DNA of 64,000 bases from NCBI GenBank assembly GCA_034421215.1, contig DAOUKO010000019.1:23486-87485 (forward strand). Reading direction: 5' to 3'. The notes below the pieces were generated by a model. That model had not been told where the DNA came from. It did no database searches and worked only from the letters and a program-made list of their open reading frames with translations. Within the stretch, counting starts at the first letter, position 1; every line of letters begins with the position of its first letter. Made by a program: the position numbers and the translations under genes. Positions 36,972-46,489 of this stretch are shown here, in pieces. This stretch comes from Dehalococcoidia bacterium. Its GTDB lineage: Bacteria > Chloroflexota > Dehalococcoidia > Lucifugimonadales > Lucifugimonadaceae.

Positions 36972-37127
36972 TGGCCTTGTTAAGACTGCACGAGGTGATG
37001 AAAATGGGTTGGCGCCGGCCGGTTGGGAGTTGCACATGTCTGGCGTACCCACCTCCGATCCCCACCGTGGGTACCGGGTTACCCCGGTAAGACGAGAGGG
37101 GGCTGGCCGGCTAATTTTCATAAGAAT
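36972..37127 (+). repeat. Structured intergenic repeat, copy B
   Basis: TGGCCTTGTTAAGACTGCACGAGGTGATGAAAATGGG...GGCGTACCCACCTCCGATCCCCACCGTGGGTACCGGGTTACCCCGGTAAGACG...GGGGGCTGGCCGGCTAATTTTCATAAGAAT. Confidence 0.75.
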
Positions 37128-37189
37128 ATTGCCACCGACGCATCTCGATCCGTAGCCCCTTTTGTTCCAAAGTTACACCGTACAAGGCA

Positions 37190-37696
37190 ATGACAAGCCC
37201 AATACCAATGCGCAGGCACTTCGTCGCCACGGCGTTCGTCGTGTTCGATGATGCCGTCCTTCTGCACTGGCACCGCAAGGTGAAAGGGTGGTTGCCGCCC
37301 GGCGGCCACGTCGAACCGAACGAAGACCCGGTCCAGGCCGTATTGAGGGAAGTCCAGGAGGAGACGGGCCTGGATGTGAACATCGTGCCCAGTGCCCCGT
37401 TATTTGCAGTCGAAGACCTCGAACAGGTCCAGCCTCCCGTCACGATCCTTATCGAGGACATTCCGGATGATGGCGAGGGTCCTCACAAACACATCGACTT
37501 CATCTATTTCACCGTGCCTGAGAACCCCCCCGAATCCGTGCCGGCCGGCTGGAGATGGTTCACGAGGGACCAGCTTGAAGCAGGGACCCCCGCGACGAAC
37601 GAGGAAGGCGCGGCGGAACCGCCTCCCGACGACGTGATTGTGCTGGGCATCGCCGCCATCGACGCGGCAAAACGTCTGAAGGCCGGCAGCCGGTAA
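37190..37696 (+). CDS. NUDIX hydrolase
   Basis: Nudix box GGHVEPNEDPVQAVLREVQEETGL. Confidence 0.85.
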   Translation: MTSPIPMRRHFVATAFVVFDDAVLLHWHRKVKGWLPPGGHVEPNEDPVQAVLREVQEETGLDVNIVPSAPLFAVEDLEQVQPPVTILIEDIPDDGEGPHKHIDFIYFTVPENPPESVPAGWRWFTRDQLEAGTPATNEEGAAEPPPDDVIVLGIAAIDAAKRLKAGSR

Positions 37697-37704
37697 CCCG
37701 GTCT

Positions 37705-38787
37705 TTACCTGAACCTGCCGCGGGCGGTTATCGGTATCACGTCTTCGATGACGCCGTTCCGGACGCCAAAGTAGTGCGAGTGGAGGTTGATGGTGGTGTC
37801 CCCGTGCATGGGGAGCAGCCTCACGCGGTCTCCTACCTTCATATTCCTGGCCTCACCCTCCACGGTCAGGATGCCGTGTTCCTCCGCCAACCTGGATAGT
37901 TCAGCGCCGGGGGTGTCATGCACCCGAGGCGGACCGGAGTCAACGCTCACTGACTTGAGGCCGATGTCGATTATCGCTCGTTCGGGGACCGGTTTGCTCA
38001 TGACCTGCGCGATCACGGTAAGGGCGGGCGTGAATTCGGTGGCTTCGGGCGCGTACGCTCCGTCCATGAATATGTAGGTGCCGCACTGCACTTCCGTCAC
38101 GCGTTCGTGCGACCCCGACGCCCGGTACGTCGTGGTCCCTGCGCCGGAAACCACTTCCACCGGGTATCCCGCTTCCTCCACCGCGATGACGGCCGCCTGC
38201 AACTTGCCCAGCCAGGTTTCCACGGCGTCCGTCTCAGCCTGTTCTTCCGGCGTCACGTGGCCTTCGTACCCCATCAGGCCGTCGAATCGCAGGCCAGGCG
38301 CATCGACAATAGACCGCGTCAACTCAACGGCCGGCTCTCCCGGCTCCACGCCGGCGCGGTTGATGCGGATATTTATGTCCACCAAGACGCCGATTTCAAC
38401 GCCTGCCCTGCTCGCCGCAACAGACAAGTCCCGGACGTTGTCCGCATCGTCGACCACTACTCCGATTTTCGCCTGGTGGGCCAGGGCGACAAGACGGGGG
38501 ATCTTGATGGGTCCGACGATCTGGTTGGCAACGAGGATGTCCTGCACGCCGCCGGCCACCATCGCCTCCGCCTCTCCCACCTTTGCCGCGCAGACGCCAA
38601 TCGCGCCGGCCGCAACCTGCTTTCGGGCCCAGTACGGACTTTTGTGGGTCTTTACGTGCGGCCTGGCGTTAGTCCCGTTTGCGTCGCACCAGTCCTGCAG
38701 GGCCTTGATGTTGGCCTCGGCGGCATCAAGATCGACCACCAGCGCGGGTGTATCGATCTCTTCAAGAGGGGTTCCGGGGAGAGGCAT
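37705..38787 (-). CDS. DSD1-family PLP enzyme (alanine-racemase-fold; D-serine deaminase / D-threonine aldolase-like)
   Basis: IDTPALVVDLDAAEANI, ARPHVKTHK (PLP lysine) and the C-terminal D-serine dehydratase-like domain (LLPMHGDTTINLH). Start moved to ATG 38787. Confidence 0.8.
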   Translation of the reverse strand: MPLPGTPLEEIDTPALVVDLDAAEANIKALQDWCDANGTNARPHVKTHKSPYWARKQVAAGAIGVCAAKVGEAEAMVAGGVQDILVANQIVGPIKIPRLVALAHQAKIGVVVDDADNVRDLSVAASRAGVEIGVLVDINIRINRAGVEPGEPAVELTRSIVDAPGLRFDGLMGYEGHVTPEEQAETDAVETWLGKLQAAVIAVEEAGYPVEVVSGAGTTTYRASGSHERVTEVQCGTYIFMDGAYAPEATEFTPALTVIAQVMSKPVPERAIIDIGLKSVSVDSGPPRVHDTPGAELSRLAEEHGILTVEGEARNMKVGDRVRLLPMHGDTTINLHSHYFGVRNGVIEDVIPITARGRFR

Positions 38788-38910
38788 GTAATCGACTGTC
38801 AAAGGTCTACTCCGGGCACGGGCGCACATCGGCCGCTAGCGAAATTCGTTCGGTGCGAAAGTCTAGCAGGCATGGGCCTTACACCGTGGCTGATTGCGAT
38901 TGTCGTTCGA

Positions 38911-41499
38911 TCAATCAGACTCATCGTCTGCCTCGCCCTCCTCACCGCCCTTGCCGTCATCCTTGGCCGAAAAACTCCGCTCCAGCTTCTCGAGCCGTTC
39001 GGTGAGTCCCCTGTTGGTCTCTTCCAGTTTTTCCAGGTCGGTCCGCAGTTTCTTTACGTCGTCCGGCGCGTTCTTGCCGGCCCGTATCGCGGTGATCGCC
39101 TGCCGGGCCGTCCGCACAACACGTCCGTCCAACTCGCGGTCCACCATGCGTTGCAGCGCCGGAAGCGCGGTGTCGGCGGTGAGGCGGCGCAAGGCCCCGG
39201 CGGCGCCGAGCCGCGTCCTGTACCAGGGATCGTCCAGCAGATCGGACAGTAGTTCGAACGTTGGTTTGTGGTCCTCGCCCGCCCTTCCAAGTGCCGCTAC
39301 GGCCGACTCGCGGGCCCGCTGCGGCAACCCGTACTCGGTCCAGCGGGAGATCACTTCGCGCGATTCCTCCGTCTTGAGTTCGGCCAGGCCCTGGAGCGCG
39401 CCGGAGCGAATCACATCCATGTGTGAGTCCCTGTCCAGTGCGCTGACCAACTTGGCGTGGGCGCGGTCGGACTTTGTCTGTCCAAGGCTCGATGCCGCCG
39501 TTGCGGCGACGTAGTAGCTCTCATCGGAGTCGAGCATCGCCGTCAGCGTCGACGCCGCCAATGGTCGCTTGAACTTGCCCAACGCTTCGGCAACGCCCCT
39601 GCGCGCCTTCGGGTGGTCCGTTTCGGCGCAGCCCACGAGCGCGTCCAGCGCAGCCCCGGTCCGGATCTCTCCCAACGCACGCGCAGCCGCAACCCTTACA
39701 CCCCAGAACGCGTCTTCGTTTACCGCCTTGCCAAGAGCCTCAATGGCCTCCGGGGAGGTCTGCTTGCCAAGGCCCTGGGCCGCATCGATCCGGCCGATGA
39801 CATCTTCATCGTTTTGAAGCTGGTAGATGAGCTGGTCCTGGGACTTCTTGAAATCGACTGTCTTCAGGACCGAGTAGCCGGAGTCGAACTGCACTGCTTT
39901 GGGCTGGCTGTCGAGCCGGTAGACGAAGCTGTGCTCTTTCTCGGTGATCTTCGCCCGGTACTCCTGCCGCCCATCCTCGAGCAGGAACGCGATGTCCAGG
40001 CTGCACCTGAATGGGTTTTTCTGGGTCTGCCGGACGCTCAGCGTCGCCGTCCTCTCGTCGTCATTCCACGAATACGTGACCTTGAACTGGGGGTGACCGG
40101 GGCAAAACACCCACTGATCGAAGAACCAGTCCATGTTGCGACCCGTCACGTCCTCAATGGCGCGCTGCAGATCGACGGTCAGGACGTTGTGGTCCTTGTA
40201 CCGGCTCAAATAGTGGCGGATGGAATCGAAGAACGCCTCATCGCCCAGTTCCCGGCGCAGCATGTGCAGCACCAGACCGCCCTTTTCGTAGAGGTGGCGG
40301 TCGAATATGTCCACCGGCTGGTTGTAGCTTCTCTGGACTATGGGTCGCTGGTAGCTCTCGCTCAGATATCCGCGTGCCATCAGCAGGATTTCGTACAGGT
40401 ATTCGTCGATGCCCCGGTGATGTTCCTGCCATCGCGCCTCGAAGTACGTGGCGAACCCCTCGTTGAGCCATCCGTGGGACCACTCCCTGCAGGTGATCTG
40501 GTCACCGAACCACTGGTGAACGGCTTCATGGGCCACCAGGAAGTCAGATGAAAAATCGAGGTGCGCCCGTTCGTCGTGCAGCGTCAGGTCGGTCTGCGTG
40601 GTCGCGGAGGTGTTCTCCATTCCGCCGAAGATGAAGTCTTGTACGGCCACCTGCGTGTACTTGTCCCAGGGGTACTTTTCGCCGAAGTCTTCTTCGTACA
40701 GGGCGATCATGGCCGCGGTGTTCTCGAAGGCTCTCTCGGCATCCTCTTCCCGGCCAGGCTCGCAGTAGAAGTCGATCAACGGCCCTTCTTCCTGCTGCAC
40801 GACGCGCGAGAACTCACCGGCCACCAGGGTAATCAGGTACACGGCGTGTTTCTTGTCCTGGAGCCAGCGGACGGTACGTGTGCCCTCGTCGCGGTTTCTC
40901 CTGTCGCTGATCAGGCGCCCGTTCGAAATGACCGTCCAACTATCCGTCACGGTGGCCACGATTTCGCTGGTGAGACGGCCCTTTGGTTCATCTATGCATG
41001 GGAACCAGTGGTGGTTGTCCGTGTCCTGGCCCTGGGTCCAGATCTGGACCGGCTTGTCCGGATAGCCCTCGTCGGGGCCGGTGAAGTAGATGCCCTGCCG
41101 GGGTGTTGACACGTACTCGATGGCAAGCAGGAACGCCCGCCCGCGCGAGTACCGCCGCGGCAACTCGATCCTGAGCTTCTTGCCATCGATCACGAACCCG
41201 GCCCGGGTCTGCCCAACACTTACGGAGTCGACCCGCGTGTCCTCACAGTCGAGTTCGATGCGTTGCACGCCATCGACTATCGGCCGCAGCCTCAGTTCGG
41301 CCCTGCCGATGACCTGTTTCTTGTCCAGGTCGAAACTGACGGTCAACTTTATGTGATCGACATTTACGTTGCGGTCCTGGAGGTAATGCGGCCGGTCCCC
41401 GGGCAAAGCGAAGGGGGCGGCGGCTTGACCCAAGCCGGTAGATTCCCACTCCCTCCCAGATAGCCAAGTTTCGTCTCGAGGTCCGAATCGTCTGGTCAC
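38911..41499 (-). CDS. M1-family aminopeptidase (aminopeptidase N-like) with C-terminal HEAT repeats and acidic coiled-coil tail
   Basis: GGMENTS exopeptidase motif and HEAVHQWFGDQITCREWSHGWLNEGFATY (HExxH-x18-E). C-terminal PBS-HEAT-like repeats (VRVAAARALGEI..., RRGVAEALGKF...). Start moved to GTG 41499, 9 nt after AAGGAG. Confidence 0.9.
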   Translation of the reverse strand: MTRRFGPRDETWLSGREWESTGLGQAAAPFALPGDRPHYLQDRNVNVDHIKLTVSFDLDKKQVIGRAELRLRPIVDGVQRIELDCEDTRVDSVSVGQTRAGFVIDGKKLRIELPRRYSRGRAFLLAIEYVSTPRQGIYFTGPDEGYPDKPVQIWTQGQDTDNHHWFPCIDEPKGRLTSEIVATVTDSWTVISNGRLISDRRNRDEGTRTVRWLQDKKHAVYLITLVAGEFSRVVQQEEGPLIDFYCEPGREEDAERAFENTAAMIALYEEDFGEKYPWDKYTQVAVQDFIFGGMENTSATTQTDLTLHDERAHLDFSSDFLVAHEAVHQWFGDQITCREWSHGWLNEGFATYFEARWQEHHRGIDEYLYEILLMARGYLSESYQRPIVQRSYNQPVDIFDRHLYEKGGLVLHMLRRELGDEAFFDSIRHYLSRYKDHNVLTVDLQRAIEDVTGRNMDWFFDQWVFCPGHPQFKVTYSWNDDERTATLSVRQTQKNPFRCSLDIAFLLEDGRQEYRAKITEKEHSFVYRLDSQPKAVQFDSGYSVLKTVDFKKSQDQLIYQLQNDEDVIGRIDAAQGLGKQTSPEAIEALGKAVNEDAFWGVRVAAARALGEIRTGAALDALVGCAETDHPKARRGVAEALGKFKRPLAASTLTAMLDSDESYYVAATAASSLGQTKSDRAHAKLVSALDRDSHMDVIRSGALQGLAELKTEESREVISRWTEYGLPQRARESAVAALGRAGEDHKPTFELLSDLLDDPWYRTRLGAAGALRRLTADTALPALQRMVDRELDGRVVRTARQAITAIRAGKNAPDDVKKLRTDLEKLEETNRGLTERLEKLERSFSAKDDGKGGEEGEADDESD

Positions 41500-41643
41500 G
41501 TCCTCGTCTCCTTTGTTACTTGAGGTGCGTCCAGGTTCCCCGCAGATTGTATAAAGTCGCCGCGCCGTAGTTTTCGGGCGCGGCCGATGAGGCGACGCAG
41601 GTCCGCCTCTCGTGCGACCACCCGGCTTGACAAAGGAGCAGAA

Positions 41644-42726
41644 ATGAACAGGTCCGGAGCAGTTGACTCCCACGTCCACATCTTTCCGAACATGGGCGGG
41701 CCGTCAGGGTTCGAGTCGGTCGAACGGCACATGCAGTTCGCCACCCAGATCGTCTTCCACCGGTCGGTGGGCCGCCGGCTACACGACAATGCGCCGGTCG
41801 TCGGGCGGGAATGGCACAAGGGAGAGGACCTGTATCAGGTCAACCTGCGGGGTGGCGATTTCGGCCGGTTCCTTTGGACGGCGGACGGGGTGGACTACGC
41901 CAGGTATTACTTGCCCCCAACCGCACGCAACCTGGACTCGCCGCCGGAGCAGATCATCGCCCAGATGGACTACCTCGGCGTGGACCGAGGCGTGGTGCAG
42001 GCGGGGCATGTCTACGGTCGACTCAACGAGTACCTCGCCCAGGTCGCCGACGATTACCCCGACCGGCTGTGGTCCCTGGCCACAGTCGAAGAGTGGCGAG
42101 CCGACGATCCCAGCCAGATCGCAGAAATCGAACGAGCAGTCCGCGAACTGGGGCTGAGCGGCCTGTTCTTCGACACGGGACTGATAGGCAAGTTCGGCCG
42201 GACGACACTTGCAGACGACCCGTCCTTCGACCCGTTCTGGCAGACGGTCCGCCGCCTGGGCATCCCTGTCTTCTGGAACATCACTTCCCCCGAACCGACC
42301 CTCGATGCGTGGCTCGAACATCAACGGTCATTCGGCCGATGGCTTACCCGTTATCCGGACGTCAAGTGCGTGTACACGCACGGCTTGCCCCTATACAGGT
42401 TCGTCGACGAGTCAGGCAAAATCACTATCCCCGAAGAGGCGTGGAGCCCGCTGGACGCCGGCAACGTCTATACGGAGATACTCGTCCCCATCCTGATGGG
42501 CGGCGTGTGGGAGTATCCCTACGTGGAGGCTCAAACTTTCATCCGCGCCTACTACGAACGGATAGGTCCGGACCGGCTTGTATGGGGGTCCGACCTCCCG
42601 AACGTCGAACGCCACTGCACTTACGAACAGTCGCTCCAGTACCTGCGACGCCACTGCGACTTCATATCCCCGGAACACATGGCAAGGATCACCGGAGAAA
42701 ACACCCGGGAAGTATTCGCCGCATAG
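41644..42726 (+). CDS. Amidohydrolase-2 family (PF04909-like) metal-dependent hydrolase
   Basis: [12 protein letters not shown]-terminal HxH motif and [11 protein letters not shown] near the C-terminus. AAGGAG lies upstream of ATG 41644. Confidence 0.75.
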   Translation: MNRSGAVDSHVHIFPNMGGPSGFESVERHMQFATQIVFHRSVGRRLHDNAPVVGREWHKGEDLYQVNLRGGDFGRFLWTADGVDYARYYLPPTARNLDSPPEQIIAQMDYLGVDRGVVQAGHVYGRLNEYLAQVADDYPDRLWSLATVEEWRADDPSQIAEIERAVRELGLSGLFFDTGLIGKFGRTTLADDPSFDPFWQTVRRLGIPVFWNITSPEPTLDAWLEHQRSFGRWLTRYPDVKCVYTHGLPLYRFVDESGKITIPEEAWSPLDAGNVYTEILVPILMGGVWEYPYVEAQTFIRAYYERIGPDRLVWGSDLPNVERHCTYEQSLQYLRRHCDFISPEHMARITGENTREVFAA

Positions 42727-42811
42727 ACTCCCCGAAGCTCCCGCGGCGGTCAGCAATTCCCCGGCCCGCGGGTATCATTGCAAGAACCCCGCGAAATCAC
42801 AGGAAACTCAC

Positions 42812-44545
42812 ATGACTACGACCCCGAAACAGGACGAATCAGCCACGACCAACGGCGAAGCCCCGGCCGGCCGAGTTGCTGGAAAGCACCGTAGTTGGGA
42901 GACCACCGAAGGCGTCATAAGAGCGCCCAACCGCGCCATGATGTGGGCGATGGGCCTGACCGACAAGGACATCGACGCGCCGTTCGTGGGTGTTGCCTCA
43001 ACGCACAACGAGGTGACCCCGTGCAACTCCGGCATCGCCCCGCTCGTCGAGGAGGTCAAGCGCGGTGTCTTTGCGGCCAGGGGCACGCCCTTCACATTCG
43101 GGACTATCACCGTCTCGGACGCCATCTCCATGGGCACCGAGGGAATGAAGGGATCGCTAGTCTCACGCGAGGTGATCGCCGATTCAATCGAGACTGTGTG
43201 TTTTGCCGAGCGCTTCGACGGTCTGGTGGCCGTGGCGGGGTGCGACAAGTCACTGCCCGGCGCCATGATGGCGATGGCGCGGCTCAACCTGCCGTCGGTC
43301 TTCATTTACGGCGGATCGATACTCCCGGGCAACTGGCGCGGCAGGGACATCCAGATTCAGACGGTCTTCGAGGCCGTGGGCCAACGGCAGGCAGGCCTGA
43401 TCGACGATGACGAACTCCGCGCCATAGAGGTGCACGCATGCCCCGGACCCGGCGCGTGCGGCGGCATGTTCACCGCCAACACCATGTCGTCCATTGGCGA
43501 GGCTCTTGGGCTGTCGCTGCCCGGTTCGGCCTCCGAGCCGGCGGTCGATCAACGCAAACTGGCCTCTTCCCGGCGCGCCGGTGAGGCCGTCCTGGAATTG
43601 CTGCGCCAGGACATTCGGCCCTCGGACATACTCACAAGGAATGCCTTCGAGAACGCCGTGGCGCTCGTGGTGTCGATGGGCGGCTCGACTAACTCCGCCC
43701 TGCACCTGCCGGCTATCGCGAACGAGGTAGGCGTGGAACTCACGCTGAAGGACATCCACGACATCTCTATGCGCACGCCGCTGCTGGCCGACATGAAGCC
43801 GGGCGGACGATACCTCATGTTCGACCTCGACCGCGTGGGCGGCGTACCGGTCGTCATGAAGCGCCTGCTCGAAGCGGGACTCCTCCATGGGGACTGCTTG
43901 ACGGTGACGGGCAAGACCGTGGAGGAAAACCTCAGAGACTGGCCCGACTTCGGCGATACGAACGTCGTTAAAACCGTCGACGAGCCGCTCAGCAAGACCG
44001 GAGGACTGGTGTCGCTGTTCGGCAACCTGGCGCCGCAGGGATGCATTTTGAAGGTCGCCGGACACCAGTTCGGCGCACGATGGTCGGGCAAGGCCAAGGT
44101 GTTCAACCAGGAAGAGCAGGTCATGGACGCCCTCAGGCGGCGGCAAATCGTGGCAGGGGACGTGGTGGTGATCCGCTATGAAGGCCCGAAAGGCGGCCCC
44201 GGCATGAGGGAGATGCTGTCCGTTACGGGCGCGCTGGTCGGCCAGGGACTCGGCGAAAAGGTGTTCCTCATCACGGACGGTCGTTTTTCAGGCGCGTCTC
44301 ACGGCTCGATGATCGGCCACGTGGGGCCGGAGGCCGCCGTGGGAGGGCCCATAGCGGCCGTTCAGGACGGCGATGAGATCGAGATCGACCTGGACAATTT
44401 CGAATTGAATGTAAGTCTCACGGACGAAGAGATGAGCAAACGCCTCGAGACCTGGGAACCCCTGCCGCCTCCCTACGAGTCGGGCGTCCTCGGCAAGTAC
44501 ATCAAGCTGGTCCAGCCTGCCGCCCGGGGCGCGGTGACAGGCTGA
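42812..44545 (+). CDS. ilvD: Dihydroxy-acid dehydratase (IlvD/Edd family)
   Basis: [70 protein letters not shown] and [11 protein letters not shown]. Start taken as ATG 42812. Confidence 0.88.
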   Translation: MTTTPKQDESATTNGEAPAGRVAGKHRSWETTEGVIRAPNRAMMWAMGLTDKDIDAPFVGVASTHNEVTPCNSGIAPLVEEVKRGVFAARGTPFTFGTITVSDAISMGTEGMKGSLVSREVIADSIETVCFAERFDGLVAVAGCDKSLPGAMMAMARLNLPSVFIYGGSILPGNWRGRDIQIQTVFEAVGQRQAGLIDDDELRAIEVHACPGPGACGGMFTANTMSSIGEALGLSLPGSASEPAVDQRKLASSRRAGEAVLELLRQDIRPSDILTRNAFENAVALVVSMGGSTNSALHLPAIANEVGVELTLKDIHDISMRTPLLADMKPGGRYLMFDLDRVGGVPVVMKRLLEAGLLHGDCLTVTGKTVEENLRDWPDFGDTNVVKTVDEPLSKTGGLVSLFGNLAPQGCILKVAGHQFGARWSGKAKVFNQEEQVMDALRRRQIVAGDVVVIRYEGPKGGPGMREMLSVTGALVGQGLGEKVFLITDGRFSGASHGSMIGHVGPEAAVGGPIAAVQDGDEIEIDLDNFELNVSLTDEEMSKRLETWEPLPPPYESGVLGKYIKLVQPAARGAVTG

Positions 44546-44747
44546 CGCTCGCGTCCCGATAACGAGACCCTACTGACCACCAAATCAATGCCACTTTGGG
44601 CCTTCTCCTCGAGGAATTGCGACTGATAGTCGCCACAATTTATCGCGTGGCTGCTGGCCCATTTGATAATGGCACTTAGTATCATTTGGCTCTGACCAGA
44701 GTAATCGGTGGAACCTACGCTGGGATGTCCGATGCTGGACAATCCTG

Positions 44748-45623
44748 GTGAGGTCAGGCTCACAGGGAGCTAATGTGCAATCAGTCTTCGAAGCATGGCG
44801 AGAACAGATACAGGCGCATGAACGAGATATGGAAGCTCTGCGCGGCGACGGGCATGAGCACGGACACGGGCATGGGCATGGCCAACCCGCCCGCTTTGGT
44901 TTTACCAACCGGCCGCTGGACCCTCACCGCACCGATGACGCGGCCCTGAACGGGCTATTCGCAGCACTTGGATCCGGCACGGAGGTCCTGGACGTCGGTG
45001 GAGGCACGGGCCGGTACGCGATCCCGCTGGCCACCCGCGCCAGTCGGGTGACAGTCGTGGAGCATTCCGAGGACTCCCTGGAGCTTCTGGCCACCCGTGC
45101 GGAGGAGGCCGGCATCACCAACATCGCGGTCATCAACGAGCCATGGGAAGATGCCCAGGCGCCAAAGGCGGACATGGTGCTTTGCTCCCTGGTGTTACAC
45201 CACGTCGAGGATGTGGTCCCTTTCGTGTCGAAGTTGCATGACCATGCGAAGGACCGGGTAGTGGTGCTCGAAATGGTCGACACACCGGGCGAGGTGATCC
45301 ACCCGTTCTTCGAGAAGGTCTATGGCTCTACTCCATCGTCCTTGCCCGGCGTCGCCAAGGTAATGGACGTGCTCTGGGCGATGGACATCTACCCCAATCT
45401 GGAGATGATCGGACCTGAACCCGCGATCCTGGCCCCAGACCGGGAAACAGCGCTGGAGCTCATGCAGCGTAGGCTTGGCGTAGAAGAGGGCACAGAAGAG
45501 TATGCTCGACTCCTCGCCGCGGCAGACGAGTTGCTGGAGGAGACTCCTGATGGAATCACGGTCCGGGGCGCGGCCCCGCGACGGCAAGCCATAATCACCT
45601 GGAAGCCTGAACGGCCGGCTTAG
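44748..45623 (+). CDS. Class I SAM-dependent methyltransferase with N-terminal His/Gly-rich tract
   Basis: VLDVGGGTGRYAIPLA motif I and the GDGHEHGHGHGHGQ tract. The exact start is uncertain. Confidence 0.75.
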   Translation: MRSGSQGANVQSVFEAWREQIQAHERDMEALRGDGHEHGHGHGHGQPARFGFTNRPLDPHRTDDAALNGLFAALGSGTEVLDVGGGTGRYAIPLATRASRVTVVEHSEDSLELLATRAEEAGITNIAVINEPWEDAQAPKADMVLCSLVLHHVEDVVPFVSKLHDHAKDRVVVLEMVDTPGEVIHPFFEKVYGSTPSSLPGVAKVMDVLWAMDIYPNLEMIGPEPAILAPDRETALELMQRRLGVEEGTEEYARLLAAADELLEETPDGITVRGAAPRRQAIITWKPERPA

Positions 45624-46462
45624 CCCGGCTTCGGCAAGGTGAATTCGGCTTGGGGCGCCTTCCGGCTCTCGGTTCTCATCCTGTAGATTTCCAGGTCTTT
45701 TTCGTCTAGATCGTCGTGGTCCACGAGACGGTAATGCTTTTCGTCGGTGACCCTCACCTCCGCGCCGTCCCTTTCCAGTTCGAACATTGCGATCAATTCG
45801 TTATCCATGAACTGTGCGGCAATTGATCGAGCCACGAGATTAGGAAATCTGGCTGCACATAGTTCGAAGTCCTGCGCAATCTGTACGACGCTGATGAAAT
45901 CACGACCGGCCTTCGCTTGAACGGGAAAAACGTAATGAACGCCTGCTTTGTCTACTCCCACGTAAACCTCATCCGTTTCAATCTGCCCTAAATTGGGGAT
46001 GGAGGTCCGCAAGTGGCTCTGAAGCGAGTAACAAGTCACGCCGGTGAATACGTCCACTAGGCGGTTGTACCGCAACCTGGCCAGCAATGCCTGCTCGTCG
46101 CTCAACGCGTACCGTGCCACGACACCGGGCGTCGCGTCCGGGATCTTCGTCTCGGCCAGTCGCTCGTTCGGCCTGATGTCCGTGAACGCCATCGCAACGA
46201 AGATGTACTTGGCGATCCCGTCGGGCATTATCACCCATGACAGGTCGGCAGGCGCCTTATCGATAATGCTCTGCGGCAGCGGGCGTCGATACCGAAACGA
46301 ATAGACCACATCCCCAAGATTCCGCGGGGTATTCAGCCCCAACCTGCCAGCGGCATCTTCAATATCTTGTCGCTGGAACCTCACTTGCCGGTCACCTTTG
46401 ACGTACGAGGACAAAAATATGTTTTCGATGATGGCCTCGTACGCTGATTGACTCTCCGACAT
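45620..46462 (-). CDS. Putative restriction endonuclease partner of the adjacent DNA methyltransferase (family not recognised)
   Basis: 280-aa ORF 27 nt downstream of the methyltransferase on the same strand. It contains a PD-(D/E)xK-like arrangement TDEVYVGVDKAGVHYVFPVQAK. The region is visibly AT-richer than its surroundings. Confidence 0.45.
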   Translation of the reverse strand: MSESQSAYEAIIENIFLSSYVKGDRQVRFQRQDIEDAAGRLGLNTPRNLGDVVYSFRYRRPLPQSIIDKAPADLSWVIMPDGIAKYIFVAMAFTDIRPNERLAETKIPDATPGVVARYALSDEQALLARLRYNRLVDVFTGVTCYSLQSHLRTSIPNLGQIETDEVYVGVDKAGVHYVFPVQAKAGRDFISVVQIAQDFELCAARFPNLVARSIAAQFMDNELIAMFELERDGAEVRVTDEKHYRLVDHDDLDEKDLEIYRMRTESRKAPQAEFTLPKPG

Positions 46463-46489
46463 CGACTGGTCCTGAGTGTTCCTGTTGAC

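Noticed and set aside
38107-40551. Long plus-strand ORFs (38107..39252, 39457..40551, 38078..38791) opposite the DSD1 enzyme and the M1 aminopeptidase
   Set aside because: The minus-strand products have unambiguous catalytic motifs. The plus-strand ORFs are Arg/Gly/Pro-rich with no recognisable domains.
41811-42815. 334-aa alternative-frame ORF overlapping the amidohydrolase-2 gene (and 43250..44146 opposite ilvD, 6294..7394 inside the acylase gene, 4199..5281 opposite the TPP enzyme)
   Set aside because: All are extremely Arg/Pro/Gly-rich, as expected for out-of-frame translation of GC-rich coding DNA. The competing frames carry the conserved motifs.
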